The notes under the pieces are model-generated. The model was given only the letters and a program-made list of their open reading frames with translations. It had not been told where the DNA came from and did no database searches. Position numbers and translations under genes: made by a program. A stretch of DNA of 64,000 nucleotides from Mobula hypostoma (taxonomy: Eukaryota), in assembly GCF_963921235.1 (NCBI RefSeq), contig NC_086109.1, positions 32,428,001 to 32,492,000 of the forward strand. Direction: 5' to 3'. This document shows positions 26,136 to 39,499 of this stretch, piece after piece (positions within the stretch are counted from its first letter, which is position 1; the number at the start of each line of letters is the position of its first letter).

Positions 26136-29100
26136 CTAACATCGTAACATAAAGGAAAACATAGGGGACAGGTTATAACAAAAACGGCCAATGTATTTTA
26201 GAGTTGTAACGATAATGGAATTCAGAGGAATCATGAGCCAATGGTCATGGATGATATCAGCTTATCCATATTTTGTTAGCGTTTGTAAGTTCTGATTTGC
26301 TTAAACTGTATTGGCAGGACTTATTCTTACCTTCTGCAGTCACTACTTAATTAAAAATATTGAATAGTTAACTTTAAAGAGCTCAGTTACTTCCAATTGT
26401 TTTTATTTATAAATTGTATTATGTGAAAATCAAATTACAGTACAACTTCATTCTGGACTTTCTGAAGCTTTCCTTGATGGTTTTTGTTTTGACAATAGCT
26501 TTCGTGCACTTACAATATAATACTGGAGTTATTTTAAAAAATGTTTAAAGGTATTTTGATCTGATTAGTGATAACAAGCTGCCCCTCTCCGTCTATGGAA
26601 TTTTCTGGTTCTTCCAGTGCTTTACATTATTTGTGGAAATTTGGCTTTAAATCTTATTAATCAATGTTTTTCTTATTCATCCATATTATTAAAAATAATA
26701 GCCAATATGTGCAACCTTCACAGTATTTGCAGAATAAGGAACTGTTCCAGGTTAACATTATTTCCATATTACCGATACAACTCTAAACCAGAGGCAAAAT
26801 AAAAGTATCCTGTTCAGACATTTTACTGTCTCAAATTTCTCTATTCCTTCCTACCTTCTGGAGACCTTTATGCTCTTGCAATAGCCACAACATGGATGAT
26901 AGATTAATGCAAAAACCTACTGGAGAGTATGTGGTTATAGAACTACAGATATTACCAGTAATGGTCTTTTGTGAAATCCAATGTCAGTGACATGATTGAA
27001 ATTTGTTAGTACTGAGCTCCAGCTCACCCAAACGAGATCAAAAGTCAGATTTCAGTTTACCTTTATTCAACTGAATTAAATTTATGAAATCAAAAATATA
27101 AATGCTTAAGATGTGAACTCCCAAATGTTTTAAGTATTCTATTAATGCTAAATGCACTTCAGTACATAAACAATTACATTTATTTTAAGAAATCTTCATG
27201 ATTTGCAGATAAATCTTTTAACTGTTGTGGACCTTGGTATAAAAGCATTATTTACTTTGATTCTGCATCAGAAAAGGAATTGAAAGTGCACATTAGTGAA
27301 GCAGCCAGTTTACAATATTAATTATATCAAGGATTCAAGCCAATTTTTTTTATTGAGCATAGAAGCAGAGTGCAAGAGGTAGTTTAAAAAAAAATAATCA
27401 CAAGAAGCTTCCCATACAAGGTTACAAATTAAAATAGAGCATCTGTGATGCAGAATAATTTCAAATCCCATTTGATTTGCTCAGGAAATTCAAATACTTG
27501 AATTGAAATTAGTTTTTATTTCATGCTAAGGAATTAATGTTTTCTTCAATTAAATGCTAGAATTATATCTCTTTAATCATCATTCAGGTGCTCATTCAAG
27601 TTGGCATACAGTTCTAGCAACGTGATTAACTCTCATATAACTTGCCCAATTATCCACTCTTTGGCAGTTTTAACATGCCTTCCTTTCAATTGTTAGTGTA
27701 CTCAAAAGCAGTCTAAACTTTATCATCTAATTTCCATATACACTTACTAATAAAATCTGTTTAATACAGAACAGAAACCCCCAACTAGCACTCCACTTCC
27801 AACAAAATACAGCCTCGTTACTCAACATAGTGCCCTTATTGAGAACAGTTTGATCTGCGTGGACTGAAAACTGAGCATGGAATTGATTCAGCTCAACGGT
27901 TGTGTTGCCGGGTACTTCAATCTATTAAATTCATCAAGCTAGCTCAGCAATAGCTCAACTCAGTTAATATGGTTCTAGTTCTCAACATCTTAAAAAGGAA
28001 TGCAATTATTCAAAATACCAAAAAATGAAGTTATTGGTGATTTTAATTTTACCATTTAATCTCAAAACTATATCCTGTCAAGTCCCTGCTTCATAAATTT
28101 TTAAAACTCAATTCAGCACTTCAATAATACTTTTAACATGAAAGTTTGATTATAGCTACATTCAAAAGTAGTATGTTCTTAATTTTCCTGTAGCTTAAGT
28201 ATTATGAGTTCTAGCTAATTATTGAAATGCTTGTCTGTGCAGGATTAGGTTAGTAAAAATAAAATAAAGCATGAGTGAGAACAGATGGTAGTATGGCTCA
28301 TGCAAATTTCAAATAATCATGGAGTTATAATATAGAGACACTTTCCTTTAGCAATTCTGTGACAACCACAAATGAAGCAGCAATTGCAAACTTCCTTCTG
28401 TGCAAAGTGAAAATTAAATCAAGAGCAAATATGCACTGGGAAAATAGGTTAATAGGAAGACATTCCAAAGCAACACAAAGCATAACTTCATGCATAAAGT
28501 GTTAACAAACCTATAAATGATTTTAAAATGAAAGGTCATATGAAAATTATTTCTATACAATTTTATCATACTAAAATTAGCAATCTTCATAAAAAGAATT
28601 ACAGGTCAAAAATGCCTCAATTTTTTTCAATTGATAGGCAACTTATAGAACCAATCAAAAATCTAGATACATATTATGGTTAAACAATCCAATATATAGA
28701 AATATTATATCACAATATGAACAATTGTTAAACATAACTAATATGCAATGAACAATTTGTCTGCTTAGAAGTGTAGCTGTCTAATATAATACATAAAGAC
28801 CATCAAACATAAAATACTAAACAACATGAAAGTTCAGAAAGTGTATAAGAGTTTTCATTATTACATAGTGGCCATAGAAGCTTAATTTTCCCCAACAGAA
28901 ATTAGAACTAAAGTCATTTTACTGCACTTCAAAGTATACAAGGACTGGGGTAATCAGAAGGTAGCTACAAGAATTAAGACCCAATACAAAAGGACGATCT
29001 TGGAAATGAAGCTGGAGCTCCTTGGAAATTATTTGAAGTTTCACTATTAAACAAAATATAGTTTCATTAGGCAAATTTTTTTTTTTGATGAACTTGTCCA

Positions 29101-29896
29101 AGCTTAACTGGTCAGATTCTGAATTGGAGCAGAACCCTATACCATATAGAAGTTAAAAAAAAGTTCCATCTGAAGCAAACTGCATTGTTATATACATTAA
29201 CAGAAACAGTATTTTTGGAACAGAAAACCATTAACAGCTAGTAATTATTATTACTTACTAAGAAATTCTGTGGCTTAACATTTTAAGAAATGTTACTGAA
29301 TGGGGATCTGCATTTTGGAAACATCCAAGCAAAATTCAAATAATTTCAAGTAAGTACTTAAGCACCTTGCAGTGAGCAGCTCACAGCCTAGCAACACAAA
29401 GTAATTTCTGAAAATTTTCAAGCTACCAAATTGGACAAGTCCACAAAACAGCTTAAATGATTACATTCCCAGGTCACCCAGCTTTATTCAAAACTTTTAT
29501 AAATTGAAAGCATTAGATCAAATGAATAAAATATTTTTATAAAAAGTAATGGCGTGTCCAATACTCCAAACAGCATTTTGAGTTTTTTCGTTTTGATAGT
29601 AGTAAAGTTTAAGGGTAATTTCTTCACAAAAAGTAACAATGCTATGCTACTCTTAACTAAAAGACAAGTTTTGAAATATGCTGCACACTAATTTTCAAAA
29701 GAGAGTTCAATAAAATGTTTGTGAAAGAATGCCAAAATGCTTTCAATGTTTTCATTGAGAACATACACCAAATTGCCAAATTACCATAATATTTTGAGAA
29801 TAAGAACACCTTAGAAGTATGATCTGGAAAGAGAACAAGACAAAGTCTAACACTTTTGAAAACAGATTGAAGATACTTGGTTACAGTTCCTTAAGT

Positions 29897-30125
29897 CAGG
29901 GGTCCCCAACCTTTTTTTCCACTGCAGACCGGTTTAATATTGACAATATTCTTGCAGACCGGCCGACCCGGGGGGGAGGGGGGGGGGTGTTCAAGTTCAA
30001 CAGTGCGTGATGACAGGGAATGAGGAAAGGTGCAGCTGACTCATATCGTTTCATATCGCCAAATCATCTCGCTTCCTCGCGGCCTGGTAGCACATGCTTT
30101 GCGGCCCGGTGGTTGGGGACCAATG
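29897..30125. mobile_element. hAT (Charlie-like) MITE, 229 bp
   Basis: TIRs caggggtccccaacc / ggttggggaccaatg, with a perfect 8-bp TSD CCTTAAGT (29889-29896 and 30126-30133). Confidence 0.92.
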
Positions 30126-30168
30126 CCTTAAGTGGCCAGACTCATGTTAGTGAGAACCAGATACCACA

Positions 30169-30434
30169 GATGGGACAGGTGATTTGAGTTCTGGATTAAG
30201 TTGAAATGAAGTACATCTGGCCAGGTGGCTCTCCAGCAAGACAATTACCAAAAGTATTTTGCATTTTTGACAAGTCAACATCAGTCTTGTACCCATGCTA
30301 CGATGGGACAGGTGATTTGAGTTCTGGATTAAGTTGAAATGAAGTACATCTGGCCAGGTGGCTCTCCAGCAAGACAATTACCAAAAGTATTTTGCATTTT
30401 TGACAAGTCAACATCAGTCTTGTACCCATGCTAC
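30169..30434. repeat. Perfect tandem duplication, 2 x 133 bp
   Basis: gatgggacaggtgatttgag...gtacccatgctac at 30169-30301 and again at 30302-30434. Confidence 0.95.
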
Positions 30435-30856
30435 CTTGAAAAGGAATTTATACAATAAGTTTCGGCTGAATAGTTGCTAAAAGTCTAACAACAATTTAGT
30501 TTACTTTCCAAAACACATGTTTTAAAATAAATCTTACAACTGATAAACCCACCTCATGAGAATGTTTATGAAATAATACGAAATGAAAAAATCTGTTTTA
30601 AAATCAAAAAATTTGTATTCACACTGATGGATGCAGAGGAACACAAATCACTTCTCCTTAAAATAGGGTTTGATTACTGTGGTAATCTCAGCCAATGTAA
30701 TATTTAAATAGTAATTGTTTTTGAAAATTGACCAATTTTCAATATATTGCACTTAACAAGACATAATAAAACAGTTTACTGAAGGTATAAATTTTACCTG
30801 AAACAAAACCTTCTACCTGCCCACATGCAAGAATGACAAGCAATTTTTCTTTTTTA

Positions 30857-31135
<279 letters not shown>

Positions 31136-31865
31136 CTAAATATAAACATAAGAATAAATATAAATACATTAGTGAAACAATTGAGATACCAAGAAGGATG
31201 GAAGCATAATCGACATTAAAAGTTCATGCCATATTCAGAGCATTCATTTAAATGTAAAGTCAACGATGTTAAATAGGCAAGTAAATCAGAAAGGATGTGA
31301 TGGACCTTAACATGGGAAGCAAGGTGTAACAAGGCTATGAATAATTTAAATACTACATTTAGTATGCCTTTTTTGCCACCATATCTGCAAATTAATTTTA
31401 AGAATTGCACTGATATACAGATAAAAAATGAACAAATAGCCACAAGTCACAACTACAGATATGGTTAAACTACTCAGCAGAAATTTCAAGCTAATATATC
31501 CTCATAAAAGTTATAACACTGGAGAACAATTATTCAGAAAAAGATCATCTAAAAAATAAAACCTTTGCAAACTTCTTTTTAATAAAACTACTTACTATTA
31601 CCACTAAGGATTAACTCTATTGAAAATCAAGTTTGTGAAATAACACTTAAAGTTTAAAAATAATCATAATACAATAGCAATGTGTATACATGTAAATAAA
31701 ATGTGTATTATTTTTTCCATAATTTACATACGAGAAGTTTATACTTCAAATTCCTACAGGATTTCTGGGATACTGCCAGCAAAACTAATAGAAACCACTG
31801 CCTGCAGCCTATGACTACATGAAATTAATTCCTCTCCTTCACTTTTATTGAGCTATCAGACAAAA

Positions 31866-32084
31866 AAACACAGAAAATGCTGAGGAAACAACCACGTCAG
31901 ACAGCATCTATAGAAATAAACAGTTGATATTTCAGTCCGAGACCCTTCAGAATCCTGATGAAGGATCTCAGCCCAAAACGTCGACTGTTTATTCATTTCC
32001 ATAGATGCTGCCTGACCTGCTGAGTTCCTCCAGCATTTTGTGTGTGTTACAATAGATCTCCAGCATCTGCAGAATCTCGTGTTT
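31866..32084. mobile_element. Palindromic Penelope terminal-repeat-derived short element with a mutated hammerhead
   Basis: Inverted arms aacacagaaaatgctgagg...cagcatctatag / ccatagatgctg...cctccagcattttgtgtgtgtt around CTGATGA...AAAACGTCGACTG. Confidence 0.75.
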
Positions 32085-33260
32085 AGACAAAGTAAAAAGC
32101 TAAAGAAAAGAGTGGTTTTCAGTTTTGTTTTTCAAGCAACCTGTTTTAACCAAATGGCTCATCCATGCAACCCAATAATGATAACTTGCTAACTAACCGT
32201 AAATCTATTTGTAGGCATTTAAACACTAAAAGTTTAGAGACATTAGTAAATAAAATTTCATTGTTACACAAGGAGGGGCAGGATGTGCAGTTTTCCAGCT
32301 TGTAGACAAATGCCCTCAGGCTTCTTTCACCTGTCTTTCTCCCCAGACCCCTGAGCTATTTGTTATCTAGGCTCCATGGGCCCCACACTGCTGCTCCTTT
32401 CCTGATCCATTTTGGTCACTCATTTGGTAACATCCCATAATGATGGCAGGGGGTGGGTGTTGGAGTGGGTAGCGATCATAACTTTGAAAACTACTCCCTT
32501 ATTAGATTCCACAGATAATCTAAACAGAGTCAATTTTTAAGCTTTGTTATATTTTGCAATGTTTTTTTTCCAATTTTCAGTGTAGAGAAAGTTTAATCAA
32601 GGGCAAAAATTAATATACTTCAGTATTGAGCATATGTCAATGAGTCTGACAATCAAAATTAATTCGATAGTGAAGTTTTTTTTTAATTTACACAGAAGAA
32701 AACACTGTTGTAAGCTTTCAGGAATTGAGGAAGACTATCGAAAGGAACTAATGAAACAAATGCCAGTCAGCAAAATTTTATCAAAATATAGTCAGCACAA
32801 AATTTGTGAAATTATAGAACAAATTAATTTCTCAATGTTTAAAAATGCTTTCAATATTTTGCAACACAAGTCTGTGCATTTACACAACTTGTCAAGCTAT
32901 TAGTTGATCAGCAAATAAAGTAGTTCCCAAATAATAAGGCTCTTGCAGCAAACAAGTATGTTTAAACACAAAGGAGAAAAATGGCAGTAACATGCTTGTT
33001 AAACATGTTTGAATGGTTTGGAAACAATAATTTTACAAAAATAATTAATCTTACAAGCAGACAAAAGACCCAATCCAACATGCCAACATAAACAGTAAGA
33101 ATATTTTTCATCTTGAAAAAAGTGGCAATGTAGTTTCATACAACATAGAAGTAGGAAGTTGCATGCAATAACTAAGAAATTGTTTAATTCAATATCCTCT
33201 TCCCAAGTGAAAGAGGTAAATCGTGTCTACAATTAATATAAAGTTAACAGAAACTGTTCA

Positions 33261-33419
<159 letters not shown>

Positions 33420-33727
33420 CTATAATCATAAAATGATTATATTAGACAAGAATCATTTTCCTATGCCCTTTAAAGTAACAAAACTCTAAATTTGCAGGAC
33501 AAAGGGAAAAATATCAATTACAAATAGCCTGTTCTGGAAATCAAAATAGCATCAGAAGATTAATCTTATGTCATTATATCAAACATAAAAATACCTTGGC
33601 ATTACCAAGTAACTAACTGTAGTGCCAAAAGTCATCAGTAAGCAGATCTGCAGCAAAACGAATGAAGTTGGAGGATAATGATTAAAGTTGGATTATCAGT
33701 GAGCGCCATATGAAAAAGATTGGCCTA

Positions 33728-35274
33728 CAATGCCTATAAAAAGAACTCATACGCTTGGAAGTTATATGTTTTATAACTTTGAATCACAGTGGATTTAATT
33801 TGGAGTTTTTGATACAGATCAACAGAAAAAGACTTTCGCGGCAAAGTGAAAATAGACCCCGACAAAGTGATCTAAATTAATTACAAATATAAAACGACAA
33901 AGAAATTGATTACCAAAGTTTCACCCCTCTTTAAGATGGCACACCAAAGCATCATTGGTGCAGCCAATTGGTTTTAGAAGTCACATAATTAGTTAAATAG
34001 AGATCTGTTTTTGGAGACCTGTGTGCAGTCAAGGTGTTTCAATTGATTGTAGTAAAAAAATACACCTGCATCTAGAAGGTCCAACTGCTGGTGAGTCAGA
34101 ATCCTGACAAAAACTACACCATAAAAACAAAAGAACACACCAAGCAACTCCACAAAAAGGTCATTGTAAAGCACCAGTCGGGGGGATACAGGAAATTTCC
34201 AAGTCATTGAATATCCCTTGGAGTACAGTTAAGTCAATCATCAAGAAATGGAAAGAATATGGCACAGCTGTAAATCTGCATAAAAACTGACTAACTGCAA
34301 GAAGGGAACTAGAGAGGGAAGCCATTGAGAGACCTATGACAACTCTGGAGGAGTTACAAGCATCAGTAGCTGAGATGGGAGAGACTACACATACATCAAC
34401 TGTTGCCCAGGTGCTTCAGTAGTCACCGGGTGCTTTATGGAAGTGGCAAAAAGAAAGCTGCTGTTGAAAAAAATTGCATGAAATCTCAGCTAGAATGCAT
34501 GTGGGAGACTCTGAAGTCAGCTGGAAGAAGATGAAACCAAAATTGAGTTTTTTGACCATCAAACTAAATGCCAGGTTTGGTGCAAGCCAAACACCACACA
34601 TCATCAAGAACACACCATCCCTACTATGAAACATGCTGTGACAGATATTTCACTGCAGCAGGCCCTGGAAGGCTTGTGAAGGTAGAGAGTAAAATGAATG
34701 CAGCAAAATACAGGGAAACCTTTGAGGTGAACCTGATGCAGTCTGCAAGGGAACTGCGACTTGGAAGAAGATTTGTTTTCTAGCAAGACAATGAGTAGAA
34801 GACAACCCAAGTATAAAGCCAAAGCTACATAAGAATGGCTTAAAAACAACAAAGTTAATGCCCTGCAATGGCCAAGTCAGAGCCCAGACCTCAATCCATT
34901 TGAGAATTTGTGGCTGGGGTTGAAAAGGGCTGCTTACTCAATCCGACAGAGCTTGAGTAGTCTTGTAACGAAGAACGGGGAAAAATTGCAGTGTTTAGAT
35001 GTGCAAAGCTAATAGAGACGTATCCTCACAGACTCAAGGTTGCAATTGCGGCCAATAGTGCATCAACTAAATACTGACTTGAAAGGGGTGAATACTGATG
35101 CAATCAATTATTCTGTGTTTTATATTTGTAAATTAATTTAGATATGAGAGTCTTTTTCTGTTGATCAGTGTGAAATTAAATCCACTGTGATTCAATGCTC
35201 GGTTTGGTGCAATGAAATATGAAAACTTCCAAGGTTTGTGGGGGGGGGGGGATGAATACTTTTTATAGGCACTA
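33728..35274 (+). mobile_element. Near full-length, inactivated Tc1-family transposon in intron 6
   Basis: TIRs caatgcctataaaaag / ctttttataggcact. Transposase remnants KTKEHTKQL..., [32 protein letters not shown] and TKY*, with multiple stops and frameshifts. Confidence 0.9.
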
Positions 35275-36838
35275 CAATATCATAAAAACAAAATGGATCT
35301 ATTCTGCACCATTATCTATCAATACTTTTATAGAGAAAAAAAAATTAGTTGCTTACAAAGTTTTTATTTCACTTTCAAATGGTTACTTCAACATATCAGG
35401 CTAGAAAGGCTTCCTCCCAAATTTCCAAGCAGAGGTAGACATGATTAATTTAGAATGGCTTTGTGATTAGTGCAGATATCGTTGGCCAAAGGGCCTGTTC
35501 CTGTGTTGTGCTCTATAATGTTCTATTTTGCAATACAAACTTTTTGCATCATCATTTCCATTCAGAATTAAAGACCAGGTAATTTTAATCAGTAAAAGGC
35601 TTTAGGCATATTTACAAGTTCAAATCCTTTACCTTCTCATTGGAAAATATATTAATATTTATAATATTTCGATTTTGGTGAAGCTATTTTAAATAGTTAG
35701 CACCCCATGTAAAATCACTACATATGCTCCTATACCATGGCAGACAATTCTTCATATCCCCAAAACCAAAGGAGTTATTCTCAATTACTAGGTATCAAAG
35801 CAAATAAAGAAGAACATTTGTCAGATGACAAATATTGGCAGTATTATTAAACGAGGAGGGCAATATTAGGTTACAGAACAATACAACTCCGCAGATAAAT
35901 CATACACAGCAATGACAAATGAAATTTAATCCTGACAAGTGTAATGCAATGTACTTTGGGAGGTTCAATTACTGTATGGCAAACACAATGAATGGTAGGT
36001 TCCTGTGTAATATTTAAGAAATGAAGCCTTTGGTGTACAAATCCAAAGATCCTCAAAAGGTGGTAGCACAGATAGGGTGATGAAGGTAGCATACAAGTGC
36101 TTGCCTTCATTAGCAAGGGCTTAGGAATGTAGGAGGGAGGGATCTTTATACATTATAAAATATTAGTTAGGCCATAATGAAATATTGGGTATAGTTCTTG
36201 TTTTCACACTATGGAAAGGATGTGATTGCACCAAGGAGGGTGTAGATGAGATCTACCTGGATGTTGAATGGAAAAGAATTTTCAGCTATGACAAGAGACT
36301 CAAGCTGTATTTGTTTTCTGTGGAACAGAGGCTGAGTGGGAGGGACCCGATGAAGATGCACAGAATTAGGAGAGACATAAATAGGATAGATAATAGGAAT
36401 GTTTTCCTTATGGCAGAAGTGTCTAAGTTCAGAGGTCACAGTTTTAAGGCAAGGTTTAGATAGGATTCAAGGAAGAAAGTTTTCCATTAATAAGGAAGAT
36501 GGAATCTGAGGTGATGGTTAAGGGTAGGTACTCTAGCAACATCTACAATTCGCTTGATTTACCATGTCCTGATAAATGCAATTAGAATGGAAAGGTACTG
36601 ATTGTCAGCATAGACGTGGTGAACTGAAGGGCTTGTTTCCATGCTGCATGGCTCTTTCACATGAATATATTTCTGCTTATTCAGATATACGTGAGTTAAA
36701 AAATCTTTGGTAACTGGCTGCAAGCAAAAAAAAACTTACTGAAACTATAGGCCATTTTAATTTGGAATATTCAGTCTACAAATTAACAAATAGTGCAAAC
36801 ATTTCTACATTCTTATTGTCCAGAGGGATTACAGAGGG

Positions 36839-37365
36839 ATGCTGAGGATGTTCTACGAGTATGTGGTGTCCAGTGCTATCATGTTTGCTGTTGTGTGCTG
36901 GGGCAGCAGGCCGAGGGTAGCAGACACCAACAGAATCAACAAACTCATTCGTAAGGCCAGTGATGTTGTGGGGATGGAACTGGACTCTCTGACGGTGGTG
37001 TCTGAAAAGAAAATGCTGTCCAAGTTGCATGCCATCTTGGACAATGTCTCCCATCCACTACATAATGTACTGGGTGGGCACAGGAGTACATTCAGCCAGA
37101 GACTCATTCCACCAAGATGCAACACTGAGCGTCATAGGAAGTCATTCCTGCCTGTGGCTATCAAATTTTACAGCTCCTCCCTTGGAGGGTCAGACACCCT
37201 GAGCCAATAGGCTGGCCCTGGACTTATTTCCATCTGGCATAATTTACATATTATTATTTAATTATTTATGGTTTTATATTGCTATATTTATACTCTATTC
37301 TTAGCTGGTGCAACTGTAACGAAACCCAGTTTCCCTCGGGATCAATAAAGTATGTCTATCTATCT
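36839..37365 (+). mobile_element. Young Rex1/Babar-type LINE 3' fragment
   Basis: Open 123-aa ORF2 C-terminus (SHPLHNVL...ERHRKSFLPVAIK), AATAAA and a TATC-repeat tail. Confidence 0.85.
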
Positions 37366-38272
37366 ACATAAATGACAGAAAATGATCAGCTCATCAGATT
37401 GTGTCTGGTGAGAGAAGGTAGCTATATAGCTCTCTTACTTGAAAGCAAAACTAAAATTTAACCATAGTGTATTTAATAATTTCAACACATCAGGTCATCC
37501 TAACAAAATTATGATATAATGATAGGTTGAATAAAGACATTACTATATATACCAGAAATATACTTAGGCCTTATTTAGAAGTGCAGTCTTATTCTGCACA
37601 CACCCAAATATGAATAATGGGATACAAGTTTAAGAATGGATAACTAGATTACTTCAGAAATCAGCACTGATTAAGATGTCTTTAAAATAATTAAGTGATT
37701 ACATGAGGAAAAGCTTTGGAATGCAAAGTGGCTGCAAAAACTGGAAGAAAACGGGATGATTTCAGCATGGTTTTTTACAAGGGATTCATTGCCTCTCCAC
37801 TGTCTCTTTAAATGTTTAATTGCCTTTGAGACAAATTTCGTAGCTTCTGAATTAGTCAAAATAAATTGCTAGAATGAGATTGTAGTTAGTTGAAGAGGCA
37901 AGGATAGATAAGATGGAAAAAAAGTAGAGAGATAAAGGAAATGTGGCTAATCACTAATATTTTATTTTCTGCAAAGGTTTTTACCGCTATCAAAGTTTGG
38001 GATAAAGTTCTTTGCAAGAGAACTGCCTTGCAGCACGTTCTGGTTCAAACAATTTATGCCATAAATGATTCTTCTCTAGTGAAATCCATTAAAGAATCCA
38101 GGAAAGATTCTGCACAATCAAACTATTATCTAAAATCAAAATCAATTAATTCCACTTCTCAGTCTGTCCCGTCTCCAGTTATCCATTTAGAAATGGATAA
38201 AGGCATTCTCAACACTGGACAAGAAAGCTTCTATGCAACAACTGAAGTACTTCAAGTATCGCGTTTCTTTAC

Positions 38273-38320
38273 CTTTAGCTCACAATCTTCATTCACTGCA
38301 AGATTGCTGGGTTTCAAATC
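38273..38320 (-). CDS. MAPK14: p38-alpha exon 6 (48 nt): DLKPSNLAVNEDCELK
   Basis: Catalytic loop (HR)DLKPSN. Acceptor ATAG, donor GTAAAG. Confidence 0.96.
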
Positions 38321-38883
38321 CTATCAAACAAAATAAATAACTTATTTGAAATAATCTTGTTCAGCTGTTCTTAGTTAAATTGTAGATTGCTCGAAATATT
38401 CAGAAACATCCTAGTTAAGAAATTGCATAAAGCTTTCTAGGCACCCTAAATATTTATGTCTCATTGAGAAAAAGCAAGAAGTCCAAACTGAATTCACAGA
38501 ATAAAGTGTCAATTGCAACAAGTTCTTCATCTCAGTAGAGCATGGTAATTCACATTCAAAATTATAACAAGTGGTATTTAATTTTTGCTTAATCTTGTAA
38601 TTAATTCTCTTTTCAACCTTCCACAAAAGCACAAAATTCAAGAAAGCAAATCTGCTTTGTTGAATGAAATGATAACCATCTTAACCAACCTTTAATGTTT
38701 TAAATTATTTTGGTGTTTTAAATGCAGCAGTACTCTGAATGAATAATACAAGCGCTGCTAGAGTACACAAGTCAGTGGTACTCACATTCATATTCAAAGC
38801 ATCAAATGTTCTATTCTTATAATAGTTGTAAAGAATACTTAATAAAAGTAAAAATGAATACATTCACAATATGAAATACTTAC

Positions 38884-38913
38884 TCTGTGTATAATTCCAG
38901 CAGAATGGATATA
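38884..38913 (-). CDS. MAPK14: p38-alpha exon 5 (30 nt): YIHSAGIIHR
   Basis: TAT ATC CAT TCT GCT GGA ATT ATA CAC AGA between acceptor TATAG and donor GTAAGT. Confidence 0.95.
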
Positions 38914-39499
38914 CTATAAAAAAACAAAATTAAATACTGTTTAAGTTTTAAACCCAAACCATGTTCCACAAATTATATGCCACAACAGAATATTCTTTAT
39001 AATGAACAAGACTTACAACAAGGTTCTAAAAAAACATTTACTTTCACTTCTCAAAAGAACTACAGTTAATATAGGATGTGAAAGACACAACTGAAAGCTT
39101 TAAACCAAGTTAATTCATACTCCAGGTGTAGAAGTAACTGGCAAGGCCAACATTTAGCACTCATGCCCTAATGATCTTGAAGGTGGTGCAGAGTTTCCAA
39201 AGAAACTAGGGGTACACTTCTCGTCACAGGTGGACAGTATTCCATGATACTCGAGTTTTATACACAGTAAATGCTCCATTGAGAAAGTCAAAAGGCAAGT
39301 CACAGTGCAAAATCTCTAACATGCTACATGTTAACAGCTAGCGATTAAGCAGTGAAGACATAATTGAATGACATGAGTTGATATTCTTATTGAAATATTT
39401 GTTTGGCTGCATTGAGAGCCAAGATAAGTCATATATATCTGCATAAAAATCACCTCATCTGACTTTGCACATACTATTATGGATCATAACCAGTTCTGC

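Noticed and set aside
30169..30434. CRISPR-like or other prokaryotic system
   Set aside because: Only a two-unit duplication without spacers; the window is a spliced vertebrate locus.
37941..38336. 131-aa plus-strand ORF
   Set aside because: Antisense to exon 6 with no domain signal; probably chance.
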